From Amycolatopsis sp. (lineage in GTDB: Bacteria; Actinomycetota; Actinomycetes; Mycobacteriales; Pseudonocardiaceae), in the NCBI GenBank assembly GCA_035551175.1, contig DASZNR010000154.1, positions 17,194 to 81,193 on the forward strand: a stretch of DNA of 64,000 bases, written 5' to 3'. The position numbers and the translations under genes were made by a program. Below the pieces are notes generated by a model. That model did no database searches. It was not told where the DNA came from and worked only from the letters and a program-made list of their open reading frames with translations. This document shows, one piece after another, positions 28,068 through 37,180 of this stretch; within the stretch, counting starts at the first letter, position 1, and every line of letters starts with the position of its first letter.

Positions 28068-28484
28068 ATGGACGTCCTCGACGAGGTCTCCTTCGACGTC
28101 GAACGCGGCAAGGTCCGGGAGTTCGCCCTGGCCACCCGCGCGGCCGACCCGGTGCACGTCGACCGCGCCGCCGCCGGTGCCGCGGGTTTTCCCGACGTGC
28201 CCGCCACGGCCACGCATGTGGTGGCGGCCGGGCATTTCCGCGATCAGCTGGCGTTCGTGGCCAAGCTGGGGCTGGCGTTCGAGCGGGTCGTCGTGGGTTC
28301 GGTGAAGTGGACTTACTTCCGGCCGTTGTGCGCCGGGGACTCGGTGCACGGCGTGCGCCTCGTCGCCGATGACACGCCGAAACGCGGCATGCGCTTCGTG
28401 ACCCTGGAAACCGACTACCTCGACGCGTCCGGGGAATGCGCCGTCCGCGTGCGGGAAGTCCTGATCGAGCGGAGTGCCCAGTGA
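28068..28484 (+). CDS. MaoC-like hot-dog protein, N-terminal-type subunit (ChsH1-like)
   Basis: ATG 28068 is preceded by GGGAGG. 138 aa with a hot-dog fold pattern and no hydratase motif. Confidence 0.8.
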   Translation: MDVLDEVSFDVERGKVREFALATRAADPVHVDRAAAGAAGFPDVPATATHVVAAGHFRDQLAFVAKLGLAFERVVVGSVKWTYFRPLCAGDSVHGVRLVADDTPKRGMRFVTLETDYLDASGECAVRVREVLIERSAQ

Positions 28485-28879
28485 GGAATCCCGTCACCGT
28501 GACTGCCGGCGAGGTCTTGCCCGACGGGGAAACCGGGCCGGTCACCCAGACCGACGTCGTGCGGTTCGCCGGTGCGGGCGGGGATTTCAACCCGCTGCAC
28601 CACGATCCGGAGTTCGCCGCGGCCGCCGGCTTCCCCGGAGTGCTGGCGATGGGCCAGTTCCAGGCCGGGCTGCTCGCCGCGTGGCTGACCGACTGGTGCG
28701 GCATCGAGCACCTGCGCGAGTACGAGGTCCGGTTCGTCGCGCCGGTCTTCCTCGGGAACCGGCTGCGGTTCTCCGGCGAAGTCACCGCGGTCGAGGCCGG
28801 GGTCGCCGACCTGACGCTGCGGGTGACGCGCGGCGACGAGGAGATCGTCCGCGCCGCCGCGCGGGTCGCCGTTGCCTGA
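28481..28879 (+). CDS. MaoC-like (R)-specific enoyl-CoA hydratase subunit (ChsH2-like)
   Basis: GTG 28481 overlaps the previous stop (GTGA). It has the hydratase motif GDFNPLHHDPEFA. Confidence 0.85.
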   Translation: MRNPVTVTAGEVLPDGETGPVTQTDVVRFAGAGGDFNPLHHDPEFAAAAGFPGVLAMGQFQAGLLAAWLTDWCGIEHLREYEVRFVAPVFLGNRLRFSGEVTAVEAGVADLTLRVTRGDEEIVRAAARVAVA

Positions 28880-28885
28880 GCGCGG

Positions 28886-30496
28886 TCAGGCAAACCGCTG
28901 CCGGAGCTTGTACTTGAGGATCTTGCCGCCGACCGTCTCGGGCATCTCCGCCACGAAGAAGATCCTTTTCGGACACTCGTACCCGGCCAGCTGTTCGCGC
29001 GCGTAGGCGATCAGCTCCGCATCGGTCACCTCGGCGGTCTTGATGACGACGGCGGCGACCAGCTCGCCCCACTTCTCGTCCGGAACGCCGATCACGGCGA
29101 CCCGGCCGACCGCGGGATGCCCGGCCAGCACCGTCTCCACCCGGAGGCTGGACACGTTCTCGCCGCCCGTCTTCACGATGTCCTTGAAGCGGTCCACCAT
29201 GATCTGCTGGCCGTCGTCGTCGAAGACGCAACTGTCGCCGGAGTGGAACCAGCCGTCCCGGAAGGCCGCGGCCGTCGCCTGCTCGTCCCGGTAGTACCCG
29301 GCAGTCAGCGCCGGAGACCGGTACACCGCCTCGCCCGGCTCCCCCGGTATCCCGCGCAGGCTCCGGCCCGTCTCGTCGACGATGTCCGCGGCCAGCACCG
29401 GATTCGGCGCGCCGACGTGATTCACGCCGTTGAGCGCCTGCTCCCGCTTCGCCGGGTAGCGATCCGGCCAGAACCGGTAGCAGGACATCGATTCGGTTTG
29501 CCCGAACACTTCCAGCAGCGCGACGTCCTCGCCGCACACCTCGCGCATCCGGTCGAAGAGGTCGGGTTTCATCGCGCCCCAGGAGAACATCGCGACGGTG
29601 AGGCTGCGCAGGTCCACCTCGCCGGGCCGTGCGAGCGCTTCGTCGACCAGCTTCTGCAGCCACAGCGGCGATCCCGCCCAGAGCGCCGTTACACGCTCGC
29701 GGGTGACGGTGTCCGCGAGCACCCCCGCGTCAGGCCTGCGGCTGAGGACCATCCGGCCGCCAGCGAAGAACGCGGGCAATAGCGCCGAGTTGTGGCCGCA
29801 GTGGTAGACGATCGGCAGGAATGTGCACAGCCGAAGATCTTCTTCGTAACGCAAGCCGCGGGTCAGCGACAGGGCGTAGCTGTAAGCGGTCAGGTACGAG
29901 TAGGTGTGCGTGGCCATCGAGGCTTTCGGCATCGCCGTGGTGCCGGACGTGAACACCAGGCTCCACACGTCGTCGCCGTGGATCTTGACCTCGGCCTCGT
30001 GGTCCGGACGGCCGCGGATCCACTCCGCGAACCCGTCGCCGATCACCACCGGTTCCGGCAGGTTCGCCCCGGCCAGCAGCGGGGCGGCTCGCTCGGCGAA
30101 CTCGGCGTCCATCACGGCGAAGGCGGCTTCGGTGTGGCCGAGCACCCAGGTCAGCACGTCCGGCGCGAGCAGCGGGTTCACCGGCACCGCGACCAGGCCC
30201 GCCTTGGCGATGCCGAACAGGGTCACGATCGCTTCGACCGAATTGTCGCAGTACAGCAGCACGCGATCGCCGCGCTTCAGCCCTTCGCCCAGGAGCGCGT
30301 GCGCCACGCGGTTTGCCGCCTCGTCGGCCTGTTTGTATGTCAACTCCCGGAATTCCGGGCTGCTGAAAGCCCCTGGCGCACCGATGATCGCGGGCTGATC
30401 GGGCCTGCTCCAGGTGAGCCGTTCGAGCACATCGCCGACGGCCGTCCGGTTCCAGCGGTCGTCGGCCCGGCGACCGTACAGAGTGGTGACGTCCAT
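28886..30496 (-). CDS. acyl-CoA synthetase (FadD-like AMP-binding enzyme)
   Basis: ATG 30496 gives 536 aa with FTSGTTAMPKA, GQTE, DRFKDIVKTGGENV and GKILKYKLR. The track ORF to 32077 is a frame artefact. Confidence 0.9.
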   Translation of the reverse strand: MDVTTLYGRRADDRWNRTAVGDVLERLTWSRPDQPAIIGAPGAFSSPEFRELTYKQADEAANRVAHALLGEGLKRGDRVLLYCDNSVEAIVTLFGIAKAGLVAVPVNPLLAPDVLTWVLGHTEAAFAVMDAEFAERAAPLLAGANLPEPVVIGDGFAEWIRGRPDHEAEVKIHGDDVWSLVFTSGTTAMPKASMATHTYSYLTAYSYALSLTRGLRYEEDLRLCTFLPIVYHCGHNSALLPAFFAGGRMVLSRRPDAGVLADTVTRERVTALWAGSPLWLQKLVDEALARPGEVDLRSLTVAMFSWGAMKPDLFDRMREVCGEDVALLEVFGQTESMSCYRFWPDRYPAKREQALNGVNHVGAPNPVLAADIVDETGRSLRGIPGEPGEAVYRSPALTAGYYRDEQATAAAFRDGWFHSGDSCVFDDDGQQIMVDRFKDIVKTGGENVSSLRVETVLAGHPAVGRVAVIGVPDEKWGELVAAVVIKTAEVTDAELIAYAREQLAGYECPKRIFFVAEMPETVGGKILKYKLRQRFA

Positions 30497-30501
30497 TCGG
30501 G

Positions 30502-32145
30502 TCACACCGTCGTCTCGGCGGCCTTCACCTTCTCCGCGATATCCGCTCGCAGCCGGTGTTTCTGGATCTTCCCGGTGGCCGTCATCGGCAACTCGGGCAC
30601 GACCTCCAGCCGTTCGGGCATCTTCTGGATCGCCAGCCCCTGCCCCAGCAGGAAGTCCTTGATCTCGTCGAGCGTCACGTTCTCGTGGCCGGGCCTCGGC
30701 ACCAGATACAGGCAGATGCGCTCGCCGAGCCGCCGGTCCGGCATCCCGACCACGGCCGCGGCGGCGATCGCCGAATGCCGGGTCAGCAGGTCCTCCACCT
30801 GGCGGACGCTGATGTTCATCCCGCCGCGGATCACGATGTCCTTCAGCCTGCCGGTGACCCGGAGGTAGCCGTCCGCGTCCATCACCCCGAGGTCGCCGGA
30901 ACGGGAGTAGCCATCGGGCGTGAACAGCGCTTCGGTCTCCGTGGGATTGCCGATGTATTCGAGCATGTGCATCGGGCCGCGGTAGGCGATGTCGCCCTCC
31001 TGCCCACGAGGCACCTCCTCGCCCAGTTCGTCGACGATCTTGACCGAACTGCCCGGAAGGACCCGCCCGTCGGAGGTCGACGACCGGGCCGGATCGTCCT
31101 CGACCGTGCACATGCTGGTGGTCACGTTCTCGGTGCGGCCGTAGAGGCTCAGCACCCGGCAGCCGGGCAGCAACCGAGCGGCCTGCTCGACGAACGCGGC
31201 CGGAATCGGCGCGCCCGCCGCGACCCACAACCGCAGGCTGCTCGCGTCGTGCCGGGCCGGGTCGTACACGTCCATCAGCATCTGCAGGAACGTCGTCGCG
31301 GTGACGGACACCGTGCACCCGAAGCGGCGGATGTGGTCCAGCCCGGCCTCCGGCTCCCACACCTCCATGACGTGCGACGCGGCGCCGTGCATGAGCGGGA
31401 GCAGAATGCTGGTGACGAGGCCCGTGGTGTGCGTGATCGGCGACGGCCCGAATTGGACGTCGGTGTCCTGGTAGCCGAATCCCTGGGCCAGCAACCGGGA
31501 TCCGCACGCCAGCGTGTTGAAAGTGTGGAGGCAGCCCTTCGGCCGCGAGGTGGTGCCCGAGCTGTACACGATCACGAAGTGGTCGTCGGCTCCGACTCCC
31601 GGGCCGAGATCGCGGTCGTCGTCGGCTTCCAGCGACGCGAGCGGGATCGTGCCTTCCGCTTCCCCGCGCACCAGCACGAGGGTTTCCAGACCGGCCACGT
31701 CCTGCTGGATGGTGCGATACATGGCGGCATAGTCGAATTTCTTGAAGCTCTGGCAAGTGATCGCCATCTTCGCGCCCGAGTTGCGCACGATGTAGCCGAC
31801 CTCGTCCAGGCGGTAGATCGGCATGATCGGCACCATGATCGCGCCGATCCTGGACAGCGCCACGGCGATCTGCGCGAACTCGACCCAGTTGGGCATCTGC
31901 ACGCACACCCGGTCTCCGACGCCGATCCCCTTGCCCCGGAGGCCTTTCGCCAGCCGGATCGCTCCGTCGCGCAGTTCGCGGAAGGTGAGCGACCGGGTGT
32001 CGTCGGTCAGGAACACCTTGTCCGGCCGCAGTTCCGCCTGCTGTTCGAGCAGCTCGAAGAACGTCTCCCGCCGCCACCGGCCGGTGGCGTGGAAGTGCTC
32101 GATCTCCTCGGCCGAGTAACGATCAGTGACTCGCGCGAACTCCAT
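30502..32145 (-). CDS. acyl-CoA synthetase, cyclohexanecarboxylate-CoA-ligase (AliA)-like
   Basis: ATG 32145 is preceded by AAGGAAG. 547 aa with YSSGTTSRPKG, VPIMPIYR, GRLKDIVIRGGMNIS and TATGKIQKH. It is a paralog of 39304-40929. Confidence 0.9.
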   Translation of the reverse strand: MEFARVTDRYSAEEIEHFHATGRWRRETFFELLEQQAELRPDKVFLTDDTRSLTFRELRDGAIRLAKGLRGKGIGVGDRVCVQMPNWVEFAQIAVALSRIGAIMVPIMPIYRLDEVGYIVRNSGAKMAITCQSFKKFDYAAMYRTIQQDVAGLETLVLVRGEAEGTIPLASLEADDDRDLGPGVGADDHFVIVYSSGTTSRPKGCLHTFNTLACGSRLLAQGFGYQDTDVQFGPSPITHTTGLVTSILLPLMHGAASHVMEVWEPEAGLDHIRRFGCTVSVTATTFLQMLMDVYDPARHDASSLRLWVAAGAPIPAAFVEQAARLLPGCRVLSLYGRTENVTTSMCTVEDDPARSSTSDGRVLPGSSVKIVDELGEEVPRGQEGDIAYRGPMHMLEYIGNPTETEALFTPDGYSRSGDLGVMDADGYLRVTGRLKDIVIRGGMNISVRQVEDLLTRHSAIAAAAVVGMPDRRLGERICLYLVPRPGHENVTLDEIKDFLLGQGLAIQKMPERLEVVPELPMTATGKIQKHRLRADIAEKVKAAETTV

Positions 32146-32195
32146 GGGCGATCTTCCTTGATCTGAAGAGGAATACGGTGCACGACCCGCTTGTC

Positions 32196-32220
32196 GGTCC
32201 AACGCTAATATTGTTGGACC
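32196..32220. promoter_or_regulatory. inverted repeat GGTCCAAC-N9-GTTGGACC (class 2 operator, GGTCC-N15-GGACC)
   Basis: Perfect 8-bp arms around the AT-rich GCTAATATT, about 50 nt upstream of the AliA-like start 32145. It has the same architecture as 39233-39261. Confidence 0.6.
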
Positions 32221-32242
32221 AAAAACGCAATGGTGCCAATGT

Positions 32243-32284
32243 GGCGAAACCTCAAGGAACGCAAGCCTGCCAGGAGGTTTCGCC
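32243..32284 (-). terminator. possible stem-loop downstream of the enoyl-CoA hydratase gene
   Basis: Perfect 11-bp stem GGCGAAACCTC / GAGGTTTCGCC with a large 20-nt loop. A minus-strand T-run follows only after about 12 nt, so this is a weak terminator call. Confidence 0.3.
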
Positions 32285-32353
32285 GCGACGCGGCATGCGA
32301 GAAGCAGCCGCAGGACGGCCAATGGCTATGTGCGGGACAGTGCGGAGCGCACT

Positions 32354-33139
32354 TCAGCGCCGCTGCCACTCCGGACGCCGTTTCTCCCGGAACGCCGCAA
32401 CGCCCTCCCCGAGATCCTCCGTCGTGAAGGCCAGCGCCAGCTGTGCCTGCAACACGTCCAGCGCCTCCGGCAGGCCGAGGTCGCGCGTGGAGTCGATCGC
32501 GTTCTTGCCGAGTTTCATCAGCAGCGGGGACTTTTCCGCCACCCGGTGCGCCCAGGACCGCACGGTCTCGTCGAACTCCGCGTCCGGGACGACCTTGTTC
32601 ACCACGCCGAGGTCCCGCGCCTCGGCGGCGGTGATCTTGTCGCCGAGCATCATCAGTTCGTTGGCCTTCATCCGGTCGACGTTGCGGTAGATCAGCGCGG
32701 AGATCATGAACGGGAACGCCCCGACGTTGATCTCCGGGCAGCCGAACCGCGCGGATTCCTTGGCCAGCACCAGATCGCACGCCAGCGCGAGACCGAAGGC
32801 CCCGGCGAGAACATCGCCGCCCGCCGCGCAGATCACCGGTTTGCCGAGCGCGCCGATGAGCTTGAACAAGCGCGGGAACCGATCGAGCCCGGCATATTTG
32901 ACGATCGGCGGGCGCTTGTCGGCGAAGGCTTTGAGATTGCCGCCGGACGAGAACACCCGGTCGTGCGAGGAGCCCAGCACCACAACCCGGACCTCGTCGT
33001 CCGCGCGGGCGGTTTCCAGTGCCCGCAACAGTTCGTCGAGGAGTTCGTCGCTGAGCGCGTTGCGGGTCGCCGGATCGTCGAGCGTGACGTAGGCCGCGCC
33101 GGCGGCGTCGACCTCGTATCGGACCAGAGCGTCAGTCAT
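32354..33139 (-). CDS. enoyl-CoA hydratase/isomerase (crotonase)
   Basis: 261 aa with FSSGGNL and AAGGDVLAGAFGLALACDL. Its start overlaps the upstream gene by 8 nt. Confidence 0.9.
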   Translation of the reverse strand: MTDALVRYEVDAAGAAYVTLDDPATRNALSDELLDELLRALETARADDEVRVVVLGSSHDRVFSSGGNLKAFADKRPPIVKYAGLDRFPRLFKLIGALGKPVICAAGGDVLAGAFGLALACDLVLAKESARFGCPEINVGAFPFMISALIYRNVDRMKANELMMLGDKITAAEARDLGVVNKVVPDAEFDETVRSWAHRVAEKSPLLMKLGKNAIDSTRDLGLPEALDVLQAQLALAFTTEDLGEGVAAFREKRRPEWQRR

Positions 33140-34112
33140 GCCGCAGAACCACCTTTCCGAAGCCGCCGCCCTGTTCCAGGTAGCGGTGCGCGGCCGCCGC
33201 CTCGTCGAGCGGGAAGACCCGGTCGACGACCGGCGGCGCGATCGACCGGCTGTCCAGCAGGGCGAGCAGCCCCGCGAAATCGCGCGGGCTGCCCATCGTG
33301 GTGCCCAGCAGGCTGTACTGCCCGAAATAGAACGGCCGCACGTCGAGTGGAGCCTTTTCCGCCGCGGAAGCGCCCAGCACCACGAGCCGACCGCCCGGAC
33401 GCAGCGCCTGCACCGACTCCGGCCAGCTGCCGACCGAGTCGAGCACGAGGTCGAAGCCCTTGCCGCCGGGCGAAAGCGCCTTCGCCTGCTGCGCCCAGTC
33501 GCTTTCGGTGTAAAGCACCCCGCCGTCGGCGCCCAGTTCGCGAGCCTGCGAGATCTTGCTCTCCGACGAGGACGTGACCACGACCGAAGCGCCTGCGCCG
33601 CAACCGAAAGCGACTGCCGTCGTCGCGATACCGCCGCCCGCGCCCAAGACGAGCAGCGACTCGCCTTCGCGCAGCCCGCCGCGGCTGAACAACGCCCGGT
33701 AGGTGGTCAACCCGACCAGCGGCAACGCGGCGGCCTGCTCCCAGCTGTATCCGGCCGGACGCGGGGCCACGCACTCCGCAGGCACCTGTACCACCTCAGC
33801 GTAAGTGCCGGGCCGGTGATCCCCGAGGATCTCCCAGCCCGGCGCGGGCGCGGATTCGTCGTCGCCCCACCACAAGGACGGGACGACGACCACCTCTTCG
33901 CCGGTGTCCGTCCGGACGCCAGCACCGTCGGCACCGGGCACATGCGGCAACGGCGATCCATACTGGCCACGCCGGACCAGCACGTCATGCCAGTTCAGCG
34001 CACTCGCCTTGAGCCGGACGGCGACGCAGCCCGGCTCCGGTTCCGGATCGGGCACTTCCTCCGGACGCAGCACGTCGGCAGTCCCGAACTCCCGCAGCAC
34101 GATCGCCCGCAC
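33132..34112 (-). CDS. NADPH:quinone-oxidoreductase-like MDR (zinc-free alcohol dehydrogenase family)
   Basis: GTG 34112 is preceded by GGAGGTGG. It has the GAGGGIAT nucleotide-binding loop and the typical C-terminal GKVVL. Confidence 0.85.
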   Translation of the reverse strand: MRAIVLREFGTADVLRPEEVPDPEPEPGCVAVRLKASALNWHDVLVRRGQYGSPLPHVPGADGAGVRTDTGEEVVVVPSLWWGDDESAPAPGWEILGDHRPGTYAEVVQVPAECVAPRPAGYSWEQAAALPLVGLTTYRALFSRGGLREGESLLVLGAGGGIATTAVAFGCGAGASVVVTSSSESKISQARELGADGGVLYTESDWAQQAKALSPGGKGFDLVLDSVGSWPESVQALRPGGRLVVLGASAAEKAPLDVRPFYFGQYSLLGTTMGSPRDFAGLLALLDSRSIAPPVVDRVFPLDEAAAAHRYLEQGGGFGKVVLRHD

Positions 34113-34126
34113 CCGCCACCTCCGCC

Positions 34127-34150
34127 TTAGGTTTAACTATTGGACCATAA
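34127..34150 (-). promoter_or_regulatory. promoter/operator-like AT-rich element (minus strand TTATGGTCCAATAGTTAAACCTAA)
   Basis: It lies 15-38 nt upstream of GTG 34112. It shares the TGGTCC plus TAGT-type -10-like box with the other modules, but the second half-site is degenerate. Confidence 0.35.
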
Positions 34151-34188
34151 TTCGCGGACGGCTCGCGTTCAAGGCCCCGCCCGGGTTT

Positions 34189-35289
34189 TCAGAGACCCCG
34201 GTCGCCCATGGTCAGCCGGAGATACCGCGAAATGGCCTCCGCCCGGTTCTCCACGCACAGCTTCCGCAAGATGCGCTTGACGTGCGACTTCACCGTGCCG
34301 TCCGCGATCACCAGCTCGTCGGCGATCCGGCTGTTCGTCGCGCCGGTGGCCATCAGCGCCAGCACCTCGAGCTCACGCCCGGTGAGCAGTGCTTCGAGCG
34401 TGGCCGAGGAGCGGGCCGGGGCTGGCGCGGGGCGCAGTGAGTGAAGCGGCCGGGCGGCGAGTTCGATCTCCGCGGACGCGAGGTCCTCGAGCACGGCCTC
34501 CACCGTCCGCATCGCTTCCCGCACCTGCTCCCGTTGTTCCCGCAGGCGACGCAGCAGAACCGCGCGTTCGAAGAGGCGGCCGAAGGCGTCCGCGAACGCG
34601 CCGAGGATGTCCCGGTCCAGTTCGGCGACCGGGCGAGACTCGCAGTCCGCGTGCAGGAAACCGATCACCCGGCCGGTCGGCATCAACGGAGCCGCGACAT
34701 AGGAATTGAGCCCGGAAGCACGCAGCAGCGGCTGGTATACGCGCGGGTCCCCGCGCGGGTCGGTCACCAATGCTGCTTCCCTGCGCCGGACCATCTCGGT
34801 CTCCAGCACCAGGTTGTCCAGCCGGATCTCCGGCACGGTGCGCATCCATTCGCGAAACGCTCGTTCCGGATCGGCGTCGGTCACGGCGAAACTCTTCCAC
34901 GGCCGCCACAGCGAACCCTCGACCTTGGACAGCATCACGCGGTCGAACCCGCACGACCGGACCACCGCCTCGCAGGCACGCGCCAGCAGGCTGTCCGGAT
35001 CGGACACCTTCCGCAACTGGGAGAGCCCATCGTCCAGCGCGTCCAGTCTGCGCGCCCGCTGACCGTCGAGCCATTCTCTGATCTCGTACCGCAAATCCTG
35101 CGTATCAGCGAGGAGGACTGCCAACTGCGGCGCTTCCGGCAACTGCTCGCGCAGCGCAGCGGCGAGGGCGGTGAGCGGCCCGTCGAAACCGGCCAGGCCG
35201 ATCGGTTCGGGCAGCGCCACGCCGGCCCTCGCCGCCGCTTCCCGCAGCAGCGCGCGGCCCCGCTCGGCCAGTTCGGCTTCCGTGCGCAC
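34189..35289 (-). CDS. LuxR-family transcriptional regulator with N-terminal GAF-like sensor domain
   Basis: GTG 35289. The C-terminal HTH is LTGRELEVLALMATGATNSRIADELVIADGTVKSHVKRILRKL. Confidence 0.85.
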   Translation of the reverse strand: MRTEAELAERGRALLREAAARAGVALPEPIGLAGFDGPLTALAAALREQLPEAPQLAVLLADTQDLRYEIREWLDGQRARRLDALDDGLSQLRKVSDPDSLLARACEAVVRSCGFDRVMLSKVEGSLWRPWKSFAVTDADPERAFREWMRTVPEIRLDNLVLETEMVRRREAALVTDPRGDPRVYQPLLRASGLNSYVAAPLMPTGRVIGFLHADCESRPVAELDRDILGAFADAFGRLFERAVLLRRLREQREQVREAMRTVEAVLEDLASAEIELAARPLHSLRPAPAPARSSATLEALLTGRELEVLALMATGATNSRIADELVIADGTVKSHVKRILRKLCVENRAEAISRYLRLTMGDRGL

Positions 35290-35335
35290 CTCGCCGTGCC
35301 CTTCCGCTCGTCCCCGCCTGCCGAGTCTAACCGCA

Positions 35336-35352
35336 ATAACGATCGTTCACAG
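35336..35352. promoter_or_regulatory. operator-like ATAACGATCGTTCACAG (perfect palindrome AACGATCGTT), copy 3
   Basis: It lies in the 81-nt divergent gap between the LuxR (35289) and TetR (35371) starts. It matches 4947-4963 at 16 of 17 positions. Confidence 0.6.
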
Positions 35353-35370
35353 TCGTGCTAGATTCGGCCG

Positions 35371-35922
35371 GTGGACAGGGACCGCAAAATCCTGGACACC
35401 GCCGCCGCGGTCTTCTACGAGAAGGGCTTCCACGGCGTCGGTGTCGACGAGCTCGGCAAGCGCGCCGGCCTGTCCGGGCCCGCGCTGTACCGCCATTTCT
35501 CCGGCAAGGACGAAATCCTCGCCGCGCTCTTCAACGAGGCGCTGGACGAGCTGCTCAGCGCCACCGCGCCGGTGCACGAGGACCCGGCGAAGGATTTGGA
35601 GCGGCTGATCCGCCACCACGTCGGGTTCGCGGTCGGGCACCGGCATCTGGTCAACATCTACCAGCGCGAGGACCGCTCGCTGGCGGAACCGTGGAAACGC
35701 CAATTCGACCGGCGGCGGCGCCAGTACGTGGACCGCTGGGAGACCGCGGTCGCCCGGTGTTACCCCGATGCCGCCGCTGACGCGATCTCCGCGGGCACCC
35801 AGGCGTGCCTCGGGGTCATCTTCTCCATCGCGTACTGGCCGGCGAAGCTGGCGCAGACCCCGGCGCTCAGCGATCTGATCGCTGGCTTCGCCGGCAACGG
35901 CCTGGCCACGCTCCGCCGCTGA
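35371..35922 (+). CDS. TetR-family transcriptional regulator
   Basis: GTG 35371 gives 183 aa. The N-terminal HTH is FYEKGFHGVGVDELGKRAGLSGPALYRHF. Confidence 0.9.
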   Translation: MDRDRKILDTAAAVFYEKGFHGVGVDELGKRAGLSGPALYRHFSGKDEILAALFNEALDELLSATAPVHEDPAKDLERLIRHHVGFAVGHRHLVNIYQREDRSLAEPWKRQFDRRRRQYVDRWETAVARCYPDAAADAISAGTQACLGVIFSIAYWPAKLAQTPALSDLIAGFAGNGLATLRR

Positions 35923-35924
35923 GG

Positions 35925-37163
35925 TCAGCTCTTCCGGAAGCCGAACAGCGAACCGGCGATCCGGCGCAGCTGCAGTTCGTCGGAGCCTTCGGTGATGCGG
36001 TAGCGGCGGTGGTGCCGGTAGATGTGTTCGAAGGGCAGATGCCGGGTGTAACCGGTGCCGCCGTGGATCTGCATCGCCCGGTCCGCGGCGCGGCAGGCCA
36101 GCTGGTTGCCGCGGATGTTGACCATGGAGACCTTGTCCGTGACGCCGGTGCGGCCGTGCGTGTCCATCAGCCAGGCGGTCTTGTACAAGGTGTTGCGCAC
36201 CAGTTCGGCGTCGGTCTGCAGTTCGACGAGTTGCCACTGGATGCCCTGCTGCTCGTGCAGCGCTTTGCCGAACACCGTCCGCTCCCCCGCGTAGCGCACG
36301 CTGCGGTCGATGCAGAACTGCGCGGCACCGAGTGACGAAGCAGCCTGCCGGATCCGGTTCTCGTGCACGAAGAGCTGCGCGCAGTCGAGGCCGCGGCCCT
36401 CCTCGCCGAGAATCGCCGACGAGGGCACCCGGACCTCGTTCAGCCGGACCTCCGCGTGATCGCTCGGCATGTTCAATGTCCAGTGGTAGTACGGAATCTC
36501 GAAGCCCGGCGCGTTCGTCGGCACGAGGAACGCGGTGATCCCGGCCGCCTTGCCCGGCTCGCCGGAGGTCCGGGCGAACACCAGATCGACTTCGGCCACG
36601 TCCACCACGCTGTTGAACCGCTTGGCGCCCTCGATCACCCAGTCGTCCCCGTCGCGGCGCGCAGTGGTCTCCAGGTAGGTCGCGTCGCTGCCGTGGCCGG
36701 GTTCGGTGAGTCCGAAGGCCATCTCCAGCTCGCCTGAGACGAGCCGCTCCAGGTACGCCTCCTTCTGCGCGGGCGTGCCGTACTCGTGCAGCACCAGGGC
36801 GAGCGGAAGATTCGCCACCACGGACGCCTCGTGGCTCAGCTCCGCGTGGAGCCCGGGTCCGAGCCCGGCGAGGTGCTCGCGGATGACGGCCATCGCCAGG
36901 TTGGTCCCGTCCTTGCCGCCGAGGGCGGACGGCAGCGGGTACCGGTAGAACCCGGCGGCGTCGGCCCGGCGGCGAGCTTCGCGCATCAGTTCGCGCCAGC
37001 GGCGGGTGGGGATGCCGTCGCGGTCCACGTCGGTGCGGGTGAACTCGCGGCGGTGGTCAAACAGGTCCGGATTGTCCGCTTCCAGCGGCTTGATTTCGGC
37101 CTCGATGAACCGGTCGAGGTCCTGGACGAACTGTTCGACGTCGGCGGGGATGGACCACTCCAT
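35925..37163 (-). CDS. acyl-CoA dehydrogenase, FadE2 / ACAD10-11 C-domain type
   Basis: ATG 37163 is preceded by GGAGGAA. 412 aa with FIEAEIKPLE, MAFGLTEPGHGSDAT, HENRIRQAASSLGAAQ and FEHIYRHHRRYRITEGSDE, typical of the FadE2 clade as I recall it. Confidence 0.9.
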   Translation of the reverse strand: MEWSIPADVEQFVQDLDRFIEAEIKPLEADNPDLFDHRREFTRTDVDRDGIPTRRWRELMREARRRADAAGFYRYPLPSALGGKDGTNLAMAVIREHLAGLGPGLHAELSHEASVVANLPLALVLHEYGTPAQKEAYLERLVSGELEMAFGLTEPGHGSDATYLETTARRDGDDWVIEGAKRFNSVVDVAEVDLVFARTSGEPGKAAGITAFLVPTNAPGFEIPYYHWTLNMPSDHAEVRLNEVRVPSSAILGEEGRGLDCAQLFVHENRIRQAASSLGAAQFCIDRSVRYAGERTVFGKALHEQQGIQWQLVELQTDAELVRNTLYKTAWLMDTHGRTGVTDKVSMVNIRGNQLACRAADRAMQIHGGTGYTRHLPFEHIYRHHRRYRITEGSDELQLRRIAGSLFGFRKS

Positions 37164-37180
37164 GTGGATTCCTCCAGTGG

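Noticed and set aside
32230-32427. 65-aa plus-strand ORF in the 208-nt gap upstream of ligase 32145.
   Set aside because: Only about 73% of its third positions are G/C by my count, which is close to the noncoding background. It runs into the 3' end of the crotonase gene and has no RBS.
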